Positions 10,728 to 22,798 of a DNA stretch of 64,000 nucleotides are shown here, in pieces (positions within the stretch are counted from its first letter, which is position 1; the number at the start of each line of letters is the position of its first letter). The notes beneath the pieces are model-generated. The model ran no database searches, was not told the origin of the DNA, and was given only the letters and a program-made list of their open reading frames with translations. Origin of the DNA: an uncultured delta proteobacterium (GTDB lineage: Bacteria; Desulfobacterota; Binatia; UBA9968). Both the position numbers and the translations under genes were made by a program. Location: NCBI GenBank assembly GCA_963804165.1, contig CAWDPO010000002.1, positions 160,001 to 224,000 on the forward strand, read 5' to 3'.

Positions 10728-11315
10728 TTAACTCGTCGGCAATGACGTCGCCACGAAACGATCGTGCCGGTTTTTTTTGCCAGCAATCTTCATTGTGCTC
10801 CGCGCAGACGGGAATCTCCTGACCATAACTGATCGTCGACAAACGCTGCGGGTCGACTCCCAAAGTCGCTATACAATCTTTAGCCGCTTGTGCTCTCTTT
10901 GCCCCCAGTGCCAGGTTGTATTCAGAGGTTCCGCGTTCATCGCAGTTTCCCTCGATCTCGACCGTCGCCGCCGGATTCTGTTTCAGCCAGTCGGCGTCGG
11001 CTTTTAGCGTGTCGCGCGCATCGGCACGCAAATCATAACGATCGAAATCAAAGTAAATATCTTTCAGCGGGCTCGATGCGGGGGTGCCCACGGGCTTTCC
11101 TTGCTGTAACTGATCCAAGCTGGAATTTTGGGTTACCGCCCCTTTGCGAAGCCTTTGGTGTTGTCCGGCGCCCCCACTTCTCCCTGCGCCGCGACTTGTG
11201 GCTTAACCGCCGGTTTGGCCGTGGAGCAGCCCGCAAGGTTAAGCATAGCAACTCCGCACAAAGCCATTGTGATTGCACCAGTAAAATAACCACGCTCATG
11301 CTTGAGTATCTTCAT
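10728..11315 (-). CDS. pal: Peptidoglycan-associated lipoprotein (OmpA-like), split by two frameshifts
   Basis: Lipobox LAGC in ORF 11133..11522; IYFDFDRY, EGNCDERGTSEYNLALG in 10618..11118; C-terminal NRHDRFV is recovered by a shift in the A8 run near 10775. Confidence 0.8.
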
Positions 11316-11396
11316 ACCTTCCTCCCTCCCGTTAGTCATTTCTGTAATGATGAATTGCCTGGCCTTGCAAACGTTGGCCAACAGCTTTTGGTACTG

Positions 11397-11411
11397 GCAA
11401 TTGCCATGCCG
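11397..11411 (-). promoter_or_regulatory. Possible sigma54 -24/-12 promoter upstream of pal
   Basis: CGGCAT-GGCAA-TTGC (GG-N10-GC). Confidence 0.35.
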
Positions 11412-11797
11412 ATAGCGCCGCTGCTGGTTTTGCAATTGTTCCACGTGAATATCATGCGAGATTGACGATATTCGCCCGAGTGAGATTAGGGGGTGGGGCA
11501 AAGATGCGTTGCAGTGAGGCAAATTTTCCGGTGTCGCTGACCTGTAATGATCCTCCGCGACACCAATGGGATGAATTGAGGTTGCGCTAAATACGCATCA
11601 GCTGATCGCCTCCGCAAAAGCCGCGATCGAGAATTTCCGCCTATCCATCAACGCCGCCAAAAGCGGCAGGCGTGCTCCTCTACACGGGACGTCATGGCAA
11701 CTGCGGCCTGGTCGGGTCGACGCCGCGCAGATGGCTTCCTTGACACACCGAAACCTCTGGGGCTATTTTGACGGCAAATCACAGCGAGGGAGCGCCA

Positions 11798-12568
<771 letters not shown>

Positions 12569-12586
12569 AGGGATCCTTGCTGCGCG

Positions 12587-13408
12587 ATGGCTCCATACCA
12601 ACATCGAACAATTGTCGTCGGCGATATCAAGACCCATTTTCTCGAAGCCGGCAGCGGCCCGGATCTCGTGCTGCTGCATGGCGGCGAATACGGCGCCTCG
12701 GCGGAAATCACCTGGCGCCATAACATCGAAGCGCTTGCCAGGAATTTTCATGTCGTCGCACCGGATCTTCTCGGCTGGGGACAGACGGACAAGATCTACA
12801 GTTTCTCGGATCCCGCCGGATTGCGCATTCGACATCTGCAGAAGTTTTTAGAAACTCTCGGCATCAGCAAAGCTTTTTTCGTTGGCAACTCCGCTGGCGG
12901 CGGGGTCATTTTACGTGCGGCCGTGCGCCGTCCGCCGCCTTTGCAAATCGAGAAAATGGTCACGATCTGCGGCAATGCCAGTGTGTTCAAAACCACCGCG
13001 CAAGCGGATCTCGATAACTACACGCCATCGACTGAGAATATGAAAAAGATCGTCGCGTTGCTCTACCATGATCCCAAATGGCAATCGGCGGAAACTGTTC
13101 GCGAACGATACGAATCCTCGATCATTCCCGGCGCCTGGGAAACATTGTCCGCCGCACGATTGCGCAGCCCAGCGCATCAGGTGCGCTCGACCACGGAAGA
13201 ATTCGTCAAGCAGCTGTCACAACTCGATATCCCGCTATTGCTCATGTCCTGCGAGCACGATCCGCTCAATCAGCGTGATTGGGACGTCAACTTCCAGAAA
13301 ATCGTCCCCGGCTCGAAAGTGCATCGCTTCATGCACTCGGCGCACGAACCGCAGATAGAAGAAACCGACGAATTCAATCGGATGCTGACGGAGTTTCTGC
13401 TCAGCTAG
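12587..13408 (+). CDS. Alpha/beta hydrolase (meta-cleavage product hydrolase-like)
   Basis: LLHGG, PDLLGWG, GNSAGG nucleophile elbow, SAHEPQ. Confidence 0.88.
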   Translation: MAPYQHRTIVVGDIKTHFLEAGSGPDLVLLHGGEYGASAEITWRHNIEALARNFHVVAPDLLGWGQTDKIYSFSDPAGLRIRHLQKFLETLGISKAFFVGNSAGGGVILRAAVRRPPPLQIEKMVTICGNASVFKTTAQADLDNYTPSTENMKKIVALLYHDPKWQSAETVRERYESSIIPGAWETLSAARLRSPAHQVRSTTEEFVKQLSQLDIPLLLMSCEHDPLNQRDWDVNFQKIVPGSKVHRFMHSAHEPQIEETDEFNRMLTEFLLS

Positions 13409-13422
13409 TTTGCCAAAAGTCC

Positions 13423-13507
13423 GTCATACCCGCGGACGCGGGTATCCAGGTTAATTGGAAACGATCCAAGGAAAGAGAAGCCTGGATTCAAGACGCGTGG
13501 GAATGAC
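13423..13507. repeat. GTCAT-type REP-like palindrome pair
   Basis: GTCATACCCGCGGACGCGGGTATCCAGG...CCTGGATTC...GGGAATGAC. Confidence 0.75.
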
Positions 13508-13524
13508 TTTCTGGAGATGCTTAT

Positions 13525-14535
13525 ATGTTCCAGTTTCGCGTTATTGTTTTGCTCGCAACTTTAGTCCTATCTTTCAGCACTCCATCCGCCGTCGCCCAAC
13601 TCACCCGCCTCAAGACTTCGTACAGCGCTCTCACAGCGAACATGGCCGCCTATTGGCTGGCCAAAGACGCCAAGATTTTTGAAAAACATGGATTGAGTGT
13701 CGACGTCGTGCTGATCGAAAGCGGCGTCACCACAGTTCAAGCGCTCACGGCCGGCGAAACTCAGATCGCCATGGGCGGGGGCACCGTTGCCGTAAGCAGC
13801 AACCTCGCCGGCAGCGATATCGTGTCGATCGCCAGCATCGAGAGCCGCTTGCCTTATGCCCTGCTGGCGCAAAAAGAAATCAAAACCATCGATCAGCTCA
13901 AAGGCAAGCGGCTGGCAGTTTCGCGCTTCGGCAGCGCTTCGGATCTCGCCGCGCGCCTGATCTTGCAGCGCTACGGCTTGGTTCCCGACAAGGACGTTAC
14001 GATCCTTCAAACCGGCGGCACCAGCACGCGCCTATCCGCGCTGAGCAAACGCAGCATCGACAGCACCGTTCTCACGCCGGAATTTTTCAATATCGGGAAA
14101 AAGGCCGGCTTCACGATTCTAGTCGATCCGACACAGTACGATATTCCATTTCCCCAGTTGGAAGTCATCACCAGCCGGGCGTTCCTCAAAGCGCAGCCGG
14201 ACATCGCGACCCGCTATCTGCGCGCGATTATCGAAGGTATTTACACGGTCAAAAACAACCCAGAGCCGAGCATCCGCGCCCTTAGCAAATATCTGAAGAT
14301 TGATGACCGCGAGGCACTGGAAGAAGTTTATCGCCTTTACCGGGAGATCTATCCCCAAGTGCCGCACGTCTCACCCGCCGCGATTCAAACTCAGCTCATC
14401 TGGATGGCCGAGCGCGATCCGCGCGCGAAAGCGGCAAAGCCGGAACAATTTATCGACGGCTCGATTTTACGGGAAATCGAGAAGAGCGGGTTCGTAACTA
14501 AACTGTATCAAAGAAATAGTCTCTCGAGCGTTTAG
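13525..14535 (+). CDS. ABC-type solute-binding protein, NMT1/THI5/SsuA family
   Basis: Signal peptide; IFEKHGLSVD, LKGKRLAVSRFGSASD, PDKDVTI. Confidence 0.88.
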   Translation: MFQFRVIVLLATLVLSFSTPSAVAQLTRLKTSYSALTANMAAYWLAKDAKIFEKHGLSVDVVLIESGVTTVQALTAGETQIAMGGGTVAVSSNLAGSDIVSIASIESRLPYALLAQKEIKTIDQLKGKRLAVSRFGSASDLAARLILQRYGLVPDKDVTILQTGGTSTRLSALSKRSIDSTVLTPEFFNIGKKAGFTILVDPTQYDIPFPQLEVITSRAFLKAQPDIATRYLRAIIEGIYTVKNNPEPSIRALSKYLKIDDREALEEVYRLYREIYPQVPHVSPAAIQTQLIWMAERDPRAKAAKPEQFIDGSILREIEKSGFVTKLYQRNSLSSV

Positions 14536-14567
14536 TTCTTGTTTCGCCGCAGGCGCGGTCGGTCACC

Positions 14568-16003
14568 TCACTGCAGCGCGATATCTGGTCGTCTTCTACC
14601 AAATCCAGTAGCCTGCTCAAACGCGTGGGCGATTTGTAACACACCGTGGTCATCGCGATAACGGCCGACGATTTGGATGCCCACGGGCAACCGTCGTCGG
14701 TGAATCCGGCGGGTACCGAGATCGCCGGACAAAAAGTCGGCGTGATCCAATACGCGCTCTTCATCCAATCGAGGTAGGTCTCCATCTTGATTCCCTCGAT
14801 CTCATGCGGCCAGGCGATTTTCGCATCGAAAGGCGGCACCTGATTCACGGCGCAAAGGAGGAATTCATACTTCTCCTGGAAAACGCGCATACGCTGCATC
14901 AGTTCACCGTGGTGCGCCATTGCATTGGCGATGTCGCTGCCGCTCAATTTGCTTCCCGCCTCGATCTGCCAGACCGCTTCGGGTTTCATTTCGTGGCGAT
15001 GTTTTTCCAGCAGCGGACCGAGCGTATGCCAGTAATTCCACGCGCGGATCGTGAGAAATATTTCATCGGCGCCGCTCAGGTCGGGACAAGCGTCATCGAC
15101 AATACAGCCAAGATCGATAAACGTCTTTCGTTGCCCTTCCAACACGGATCGAACGCTACGGTCGAGCGGCAGACCGCCCAGGTCGGGGCACCAGGCAACC
15201 CGCATGCCTTTAAAATCCCGATCCAAAGGTTTCGCAGAATACAGTTGGATCGAATGGATACACGGCGGGATCGCGCGCATCGGCCCCTGCCATGACACTC
15301 AATAGAAAAGCGACGTCGGCAACCGAACGCGCCATCGGCCCCTTAACCGTAAAACCTAAAAACGGCAACGCAGTCGGCGCGGACGGCACGAGTCCGACGG
15401 TCGGACGCAACGCGACGATGTTGTTGAAATTCGCCGGATTGCGCAGCGAACCGCCAAGATCGCTGCCGCTCGCGAGCGGTAACAAGCCCGCGGCAAGCGC
15501 GGCGCCGGCGCCGCCGCTCGAACCGCCGGCGCTTTTCGTCAAATCGTAAGGATTGAGCGTCGTGCCGTACACGTCATTGTACGTATGCGAGCCCATGCCG
15601 AACTCGGATACGTTGGTCTTCGCCGATAGGAATAACTCCCGCATGCTTCAATCGCTCGACAAGAACCGAATCTTCGCGCTGGCACGAAGTCTTTGAATAT
15701 TTTCGAACCGCGCGTCATCGGAAACCCGACGGCAGGGTCCAAATCTTTGAAGGCAAAGGGCAGGCCGTGCAGCGCACCGATCTCCTCGCCACGCGCGAAC
15801 CGTCGGTCGGCTTCGTCCGCAAGCGCAAGACACTTCTCGTCGTCGAGCTTCGCTACTATCGCGTTGATTTTCGGATTGAGGCGATTAATTTGGCGCAGAA
15901 ATGCGCCCATGACTTCGCGCGCTGATGTGCGGCGAGTGCGAATCAACTGCGCCAATTCGCGCGCGCTCATGAAGCATAAATCACTGTCTCCGAGAGTGGC
16001 CAT
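14568..16003 (-). CDS. Amidase (amidase signature family), split by about three frameshifts
   Basis: LHGLPFAFKD, GGSSGG, GSDLGGSLRNPA and GLPVGIQIVG lie in consecutive overlapping ORFs. Confidence 0.85.
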
Positions 16004-16051
16004 CACTAGGCTGCCATCAGCATTGGCAGCGGATCAGAGTCGCGTCCGAGG

Positions 16052-16596
16052 CTAAATCCCGGACTCTTTCACTCCCACGGGCGGCATCGCAATATTCTTG
16101 GAAATCTCATCGACGTCCCAGAGTCGCGAAAATTTAAGAGCGCGCGGACAATGGCTGTAGGACTCATCGACGTCCAGTAAGAGGCCTTGAAGCACTTCCG
16201 CCTTCTCATCGGGATTGAAAACTTCAAGCTTGGTGCCATTCAGCTCCGCTCGATCGATCACTCTAACCCGGCCGTTGATCCTGACCGTGTTGTTGTGGCC
16301 GGGTATAAAAAACACCAAGCCGACTTGAGGATTGGTCTCGACGTTGCTGTAGCCGTGGAAAAGCTTGTTGCCGGCGACATCCGGAATAAAGAGCTGCTTG
16401 TCGTTAAGCACTTTCACGAAGCCCGGCATGCCGCCCTTCGGCGATGCGTCACAATCGCCCTTGGCGCTGCTCGTCGCCATCACGCAGAACGGCGAGTGCC
16501 TGATGAAGTCCTGAATCCCGCCGCCATGAACGGCCTCACTTTTCCCTTTGTCCGTTCAATCGGATAACCGAACTTGTCTTGATATTTGTTATTCAT
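16052..16596 (-). CDS. Pyridoxamine 5'-phosphate oxidase-like FMN-binding protein (one frameshift near N-terminus)
   Basis: DASPKGG, IPDVAGN, NPQVGLVFFIPG, HCPRAL; upstream ATG at 16596 is out of frame by 1 nt. Confidence 0.8.
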
Positions 16597-16780
16597 CGGG
16601 GCTCCTATTCCACTAAATTGGCATCACCGTCTTCTGCTAAGCTCGGATAGTAATTCTAATTGGATTTCCTGAATTTGCGCAAGCCGCTCCCACTGGTGCG
16701 ACAAAAGATGATCGACTTTTTCGTGCGCAGGTTTTGGCTTCTCTCGCGTTGGCCATGGTAACATTGAGAGTGAGAGCGCG

Positions 16781-17347
16781 TCAATTGAATCGACTATTGC
16801 TTTCTAAGAACGTCAGACGTTCCGCCATCGGCGTTTCGGGGAAGACGTAGCCGCAGGCGCGGCAAGTGCGCAGCTTCGGATCGGCGTTGAATTCGGCGTA
16901 GACGGCCGAGACTTGCGAAGGGATATTGCCCTGATTCACGACGCGGGACAACACCAACTCGTCGCACTTTTCGCAAAACCAGGCGAATTCTTCCTTTTCC
17001 TCTTCGCGCCGTTTGCGTTCGATGACCAGACCCCAGGTATTTTCGAATCGGCGCGGCGAATGGGGCAAGCCGCCGGGGCAAACGAAGATCTCTCCTTCTT
17101 TGATCTTCACGACCTGGCGGCGCTCCCCTTCCGGCTTCAACACCAACTCCATTTCACCCTCGACCTGATAGAAAAACTCATCGCCCGGATCGATATGGAA
17201 ATCTAGCCGCGTATTCGGCCCGCGCAGGACCATCACGAGAAAGTCTTTGTGGTGAACGAGTAGCTGGTTCGTCCTGAAGGGCGGGTTGAACAAGTGCGCA
17301 TTTTCCTTAACCCATTGCCTCAGATGAAACGTCGAAAGTAAATCCAT
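16781..17347 (-). CDS. nbaC: 3-hydroxyanthranilate 3,4-dioxygenase-like cupin
   Basis: GPNTRLDFHIDPGDEFFYQ, PHSPRR, rubredoxin-like WFCEKC and CRACG; AAGGAG RBS before ATG 17347. Confidence 0.82.
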   Translation of the reverse strand: MDLLSTFHLRQWVKENAHLFNPPFRTNQLLVHHKDFLVMVLRGPNTRLDFHIDPGDEFFYQVEGEMELVLKPEGERRQVVKIKEGEIFVCPGGLPHSPRRFENTWGLVIERKRREEEKEEFAWFCEKCDELVLSRVVNQGNIPSQVSAVYAEFNADPKLRTCRACGYVFPETPMAERLTFLESNSRFN

Positions 17348-17358
17348 AGAGCTCCTTA

Positions 17359-17379
17359 TTGGAGTATTGGAGTGATGGG
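17359..17379. repeat. Short TGGAGTRN 8-mer array, inverted relative to 17826-17937
   Basis: TTGGAGTATTGGAGTGATGGG. Confidence 0.75.
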
Positions 17380-17400
17380 CCTCGGAATGTGCCAATCCCG

Positions 17401-17829
17401 CTACCCATACGTTTCGTTGCTTTCTTTGACAATCAGATTATCGATCCAGTCTCCGTCGAGTTTCTTTTTCTCGAGGCTCTCAACTAACTTTAGTAAACCG
17501 TTTTCCAATTTGAAGGCGAGTTTGTCGAGCACCTGAAAATTGTCTTCAGTATTCTGGTTAGCCTTATGATATGCATGCAGGCCAGATACGCTTTCACCGA
17601 GCGAACCCAAGGCGATGTTGAGAAAATTCAAATACTCTCGGACCGACCTCCTACAATATCCCTCGGCAATATTCCGATGAACTGAATCACTCGATGCTAT
17701 CGCCTGCGAGGCAATCCGTTTTAGCTCGTACGGGAGCGACCCAAATACATGGCTGTTAAGCCTATAAAACTCGATGGCATCCTGCCAAACTCGAAGTTGC
17801 TGATAACCACGATTTTTGTTTTTCAGCAC
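17401..17829 (-). CDS. Four helix bundle protein (23S rRNA IVP / Avd-like family)
   Basis: YQQLRVWQDA, SVHRNIAEGY, YLNFLNIALGSLGE. Confidence 0.92.
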   Translation of the reverse strand: MLKNKNRGYQQLRVWQDAIEFYRLNSHVFGSLPYELKRIASQAIASSDSVHRNIAEGYCRRSVREYLNFLNIALGSLGESVSGLHAYHKANQNTEDNFQVLDKLAFKLENGLLKLVESLEKKKLDGDWIDNLIVKESNETYG

Positions 17830-17937
17830 CCCAACACTCCATTACTCCATCACTCCAGTTTTCCCTTGCCCATCACTCCACTATTCCAGTATTCCGATAC
17901 CCCAACACTCCATCACTCCAGTATTCCATCACTCCAA
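17826..17937. repeat. Degenerate tandem 8-mer array (about 14 units of NYACTCCA)
   Basis: ACACTCCA TTACTCCA TCACTCCA ... GTATTCCA TCACTCCA. Confidence 0.85.
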
Positions 17938-18711
17938 TCCAATCTTATTCCTGCACTCCCGCGCGACCCCATCGGTCAGCGACCACCAGATCGACAGGCC
18001 TTTGCGCAGCGCCTTTAACACTCGCACCTGCAATTCATTCGTGGTCGCGAACTGCTCGACCAACTCGTAACCGATATTGCTGTGTTCGGTGTCCGCCTCG
18101 CCATGTTCCGCGAAAAATTCAATATCGTGCGGCTTCAAACCGTAATGATCGCGAAACGCGCGGAAAAACTTGCCGCCGGTCAATTGGTTCGAATACTCGT
18201 TGCAGCAGTTCGTCGACGCTACTTGTTCGAGGATGTGGTTGCTTCGAAGCGCGATGTCGAGCCAGCCAACCCGGGCCAGGACCGTCGTCGGCAGAAAATC
18301 TTCTTCCTCCTCGCAGCGCTCCAACTCTTTTGCAGGGATACCGATGCTTTCACCGAATCGAAGAAACAGCGCGCGGTGGCCCAAAACCGGCCGCGGCGAT
18401 CCTTCGAAGTAGGTATAACCGACCTCGGAATGAATGATATCGACGAATTTCTTATGAATCTCCGGATCGTGGATACCGGACAATTGGCAACGCACCAATT
18501 TCGCCGTATTGATCGCGACATTGTACGCGAAGATTCCCCAGGCCTCCCTCGCCCAAATCTTTACGGCATCTAAGGAAAGCTTGCCTTCATACAAGTCGAG
18601 ATAGAATGGGTGGTACAAGCGCGCATGCTTGTTCTTCACTTCGTTCATCAGCACATCGCAAAACTCCTTGGCCGGTAAAGTCTTGCCGCTCAACACAGCT
18701 TCAGCTGACAT
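17929..18711 (-). CDS. Heme-oxygenase-like diiron enzyme (PqqC/TenA/CADD superfamily)
   Basis: HPFY N-terminus; ligand pattern E (HSEVG), H (GHRAL), E (NEYS), H-x3-D-x2-H (EHGEADTEH). Confidence 0.82.
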   Translation of the reverse strand: MSAEAVLSGKTLPAKEFCDVLMNEVKNKHARLYHPFYLDLYEGKLSLDAVKIWAREAWGIFAYNVAINTAKLVRCQLSGIHDPEIHKKFVDIIHSEVGYTYFEGSPRPVLGHRALFLRFGESIGIPAKELERCEEEEDFLPTTVLARVGWLDIALRSNHILEQVASTNCCNEYSNQLTGGKFFRAFRDHYGLKPHDIEFFAEHGEADTEHSNIGYELVEQFATTNELQVRVLKALRKGLSIWWSLTDGVARECRNKIGLE

Positions 18712-18754
18712 TTTTCACCTCTAATAGTTTCTCGTAGCCTCGCAGGCCGCAAAT

Positions 18755-18821
18755 CAGATCCTTCACTTCGTCAGGATGACAGTAGAGGTGAGATGTCATT
18801 CTGAGCAAAGCGAAGAATCTG
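18755..18821. repeat. GTCATYCTGAG-type REP-like palindrome pair
   Basis: CAGATCCTTCACTTCGTCAGGATGACA...TGTCATTCTGAGCAAAGCGAAGAATCTG. Confidence 0.75.
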
Positions 18822-19317
18822 TTTTCCAGCCTTCGTTAGCGAGGAATGATCCCAGTGTCTGGACGCAAATCCTAGCTTTCATGCTCTTTGTCTGCCGTCG
18901 ATTGTCGAACTGAAATTTATTCGCGTTACAGGCGATCTCGACGCGGTTGCCGTCCGGATCGAGAAAACTGATCGAACGGTTGCCGGCAACCACGAGCGTC
19001 TCCGGACCGCTGACGATGGGAATCTTGCGCCGTCTCAAAATTGGAGAGAGCTTGTCGATGATGCCGTTCGAGTCGACGTAGATGCAGAAATGGTGCACCT
19101 TGGGCATGCCCTTACCCGCCACATGCTTCGAACCCTTCGGCAAAGCCTGTAAAGCGATGTCGTGATGCTCTTTGCCGTAGCTCAGAAACGTCATCTTGGT
19201 CTCCAAGTTCCGCGCGGAAACATTCAGACCGAGAATGGACTGATAAAATTGTTCCGATTTTTTGAGGTCGGCGACATTGAGAACGAGGTGACCGAGCGCG
19301 CCGTTCTTGACAATCAT
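18796..19317 (-). CDS. VOC/glyoxalase family protein (C-terminus uncertain, runs into repeat)
   Basis: LGHLVLNVADL, HHDIAL, VHHFC, SFLDPDGNRVE. Confidence 0.85.
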   Translation of the reverse strand: MIVKNGALGHLVLNVADLKKSEQFYQSILGLNVSARNLETKMTFLSYGKEHHDIALQALPKGSKHVAGKGMPKVHHFCIYVDSNGIIDKLSPILRRRKIPIVSGPETLVVAGNRSISFLDPDGNRVEIACNANKFQFDNRRQTKSMKARICVQTLGSFLANEGWKTDSSLCSE

Positions 19318-19500
19318 TTTAGCACCATTAATCGCCTCGATGATTGAGTGTCAAGGTATCCGGCAGAGGTCTGGAATCTTCTATGTTGGGCGCGGCCTAG
19401 AAGTCGCTTTGTAGTTGGAGTACGAATCCTTGCACTGCGCCGCGGGCAGCATGTAAAACCTCTAACGCCAGCGGAGCTTTAGCGGACTCACGCTTAATAA

Positions 19501-20902
19501 ATGGATGCGGATCAAAATAGAGAAGCCAAAGGGTAATTCGCGCGCGGCGAGTCATCCTGCCAGACGGCATCGCGCCCGCGAGCGTGCATATACAGGACGG
19601 CGTTATATCTAAAGTGGGTGAATGGGATGAGATCGAACCCAGCGGCACGGCTTTTTGATGCGGGCGACCAAGTAATCTTGCCTGGCGCCGTCGATATACA
19701 CGCACATATCAATGAACCGGGCCGAAGCGATTGGGAGGGCTTCGAATCCGCGACCCAAGCAGCCGCGGCTGGCGGGATTACGACACTGGTTGATATGCCT
19801 TTAAACAGCATTCCGCCGACCATCAATGCCGACGCACTCGCTAGAAAGATCGCAGTCCACCGCCGGCAAGCTCTGGATCGACGTCGGCTTTCATGGCGGT
19901 ATTGTGCCCGGCAACGAGACGATTTGCCGCAGTTAATGCGCGATGGCGTGGTAGGGCTTAAGTGTTTTTTGTGCGATTCCGGCGTCGATGAATTTCCCCC
20001 AGTCACTCTCGGACAACTAGCCGCAGCAATCGAGCAGTTGAAAGGCTTTGAGCCCTGGATCCTTGTTCATGCTGAATCTCCTGAAGTCCTGAAGGACAGC
20101 GCGAGCAGGCCTATCGAACCACGCCAACGGCGGCGGTTGGAGCTACGAGGAGTATTTGCGCTCACGACCCGACGAAGCAGAGTACCTCTCGATCCAGCAA
20201 GTGAGTGGGCATCGCGGAAACGATTTCGCGCACGGATCCATATCGTTCATTTGTCGTCCGCCTCCGCTCTGCCGTTGATTGCGCAAGCAAAAGCAAAGCA
20301 TCTCGCGATCACAGCGGAGACCTGCCCGCATTATTTAACTTTTGATGCGGAATCCATTCCGAGAGCGCTACCGAGCTGAAATGCGCCCCGCCCATACGCT
20401 CCGCCGCCAACCGCGAAACTCTTTGGGAAGGATTAAGAGACGGCGTCATCGATATCATCGCCTCCGACCATTCGCCTTGCCTGCCGGACCTGAAGGCGAA
20501 CCGTGATTTCGCCCAAGCCTGGGGTGGAATTGCGTCGCTGCAATGCAGTCTCGCCCGCAGTTTGGAGCGAAGCGCGCCGGCGCGGATTCGGTTTGAGCGA
20601 CTTGGCGCTTTGGATGTGCCAACGACCGGCTGAACTGGCAAATTTGCCAGCGAAAGGAGCCATTGCGCCCGGCAAGGATGCAGATCTGATTTGTTTCGCG
20701 CCGGATGAAGAGTTTGTTTTCGAACGCGGGGCAAATTCTTCATCGTCACAAAATGACGCCCTACTCGGGCCGGCGCATGTGCGGCGTCGTCAAGCAGACC
20801 TTTTTGCGCGGCGCGCTGATATATGATTGCGGCTCATGGAGCGGCGAGCCTGAAGGCCGGATCATTCGCCCGCTGCGGCGGGAATCATCGGGATCAAACT
20901 AG
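19501..20902 (+). CDS. allB: Allantoinase, split by several frameshifts (start approximate)
   Basis: [50 protein letters not shown] and HRHKMTPY across frames. Confidence 0.8.
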
Positions 20903-20925
20903 GCACTAAGCTGAAAGCAGCGACC

Positions 20926-22769
20926 ATGCGCAGCGACTTCAAAAACCGGCCGTCGAACGATTACGAAACCTTTCCTCGTGAAGCTCTCGACCAATCCATC
21001 GGCGCGCGGTTCGACGAGATCGTGCGCCGGTTTCCCAACAAGCTGGCGGTGCGCACTAGAAAGTATTCATGGACCTATGCCGAGCTGAACACCCGGGCGA
21101 AAAACATTTCTCGGGCGATAAACGGGCACGCAATCTCACGCCCGGCGCCGATTTTGCTCCTTTTCCATCACGATGCGCCGGCGATTGCCGCCGTGCTCGG
21201 CGTCTTGAAATCCGATCATTTCTACTGCGCTCTGGATCCTTCCGTGCCGCTGGAACAAAACAGGACTATCCTTCAACTGCTGCGTCCCCGAGTGTTGCTT
21301 TGCGATCGCGCCAATCTCGACACGAGTGAGAAACTCGCGGAGGGTAGGATCCCGATAGTGAACAGCGACGATGCGCCGGTCGAAACCCGGCCGCGGCGCT
21401 TCGCAGGTCCAAGTTTCCCGGCCGCGCTGGCCTATGTGTTTTTTACTTCGGGAACGACGGGGAAACCGAAGGGCGTCATGGATTCGCATCGGAACGTGCT
21501 GCACAATATTCTCCGCTACACCAACAATCTTCATATCACCGAGCGACGACCGCATCACCTTGTTACAGACCTTGAGCTTCAGCGGTTCCGTATCGAGTTT
21601 GTTTTGCGCCCTGCTCAACGGCGGCACAATTTATCCTTTCGACCTCCGCCGGGAAGGACCCGACGGCTTTAGCGGATTGGATATCGGAGCAGGAAATCAC
21701 GATTTATCATTCGGTGCCGTCAATTTTTCGTCTGATCGCCGGCGAAGGACGCCGCTTTCACCAAACTGCGCCTCATTCGACTGGAAGGCGATCAAGCATC
21801 CCCCGCCGACGCCGCCCTATTTCAGAAAAATTTTCACGCGTCCTGCAGTCTCGTCAACGGACTGGGCGCCACCGAGTGCGGCATTGTCCGGCAGTTCTTT
21901 GTGGGCACGGATTCACCGCCTCCTCACCGGTCCCTGCCAATTGGCCATGCGATCGAAGATATGGAGGTATCGGTGCTCGACGAGCAGGGATGTCCGGCGC
22001 CCTGCGGCGACATCGGTGAAATCGCCGTAAAAAGCCGCTATCTCGCGGTCGGTTACTGGCGGCAACCCGATCTGACGGCCGAAGCCTTCAAACCGGCATT
22101 CGACGATCCGGAAGCGCGTATTTACCGCACCGGCGATCTTGGTCGATTGGACGAAGACGGCTGCCTCGATTATCTAGGGCGAAAAGATTTTAACGAAAAA
22201 GTCAGGGGCCAGCGCGTAAACTTGGCGAATATCGAGGCCGAGTTTCTACTCATCGACGGCGTTCGGGAAGCTGTTGCGGTCGTGCAAGGCCTGACCGGCA
22301 AGGTGAAAATCAGATCGCCGTTTACTATACTGAATGGGATGACCAGCCGGTGAATCTCGACGAAGTTTGGAACCGTTTGCGCGATCGCCTCGAAAGCCAT
22401 TCGCTGCCCTCGGCTCTGATAAAGCTTGATCGCCTGCCGCTAACTGCCAACGGCAAAGTCGACCGGCGTGCTTTGCCGCATCCTCACAAGCAGCGCCTGC
22501 TCGCCGCACCTGCGACTCCGCCAAAAACTCAAAGCGAGCTCAGACTCGTCGCCATCTGGAAAGACATCCTTGGCCTGGATCAGATCGGAATCGACGATTC
22601 CTTCCTTGAACTGGGGGGCGATTCGTTACAACTCATGCGCATGCTCAACCGAGTACGGCAAATCTTCGAACAGGATGTATCGATTCCCGAATTCTTTGCT
22701 TCTCCAACCGTTTCTGCCTTGGCAAAAATTCTGGGCAGCTCAGATAAAATCGTCAACAGTTCATTTTGA
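20926..22769 (+). CDS. Stand-alone NRPS-like adenylation-PCP didomain protein, frameshifted
   Basis: YVFFTSGTTGKPKGV (A3), YRTGDLG (A7), LTANGKVDR (A10), FLELGGDSL (PCP Ser). Confidence 0.82.
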
Positions 22770-22798
22770 ATGCGCTAAACGATTACAAGGAGATACTC

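Noticed and set aside
17826-17937. CRISPR array
   Set aside because: Units are 8 bp and contiguous with no unique spacers; no cas genes.
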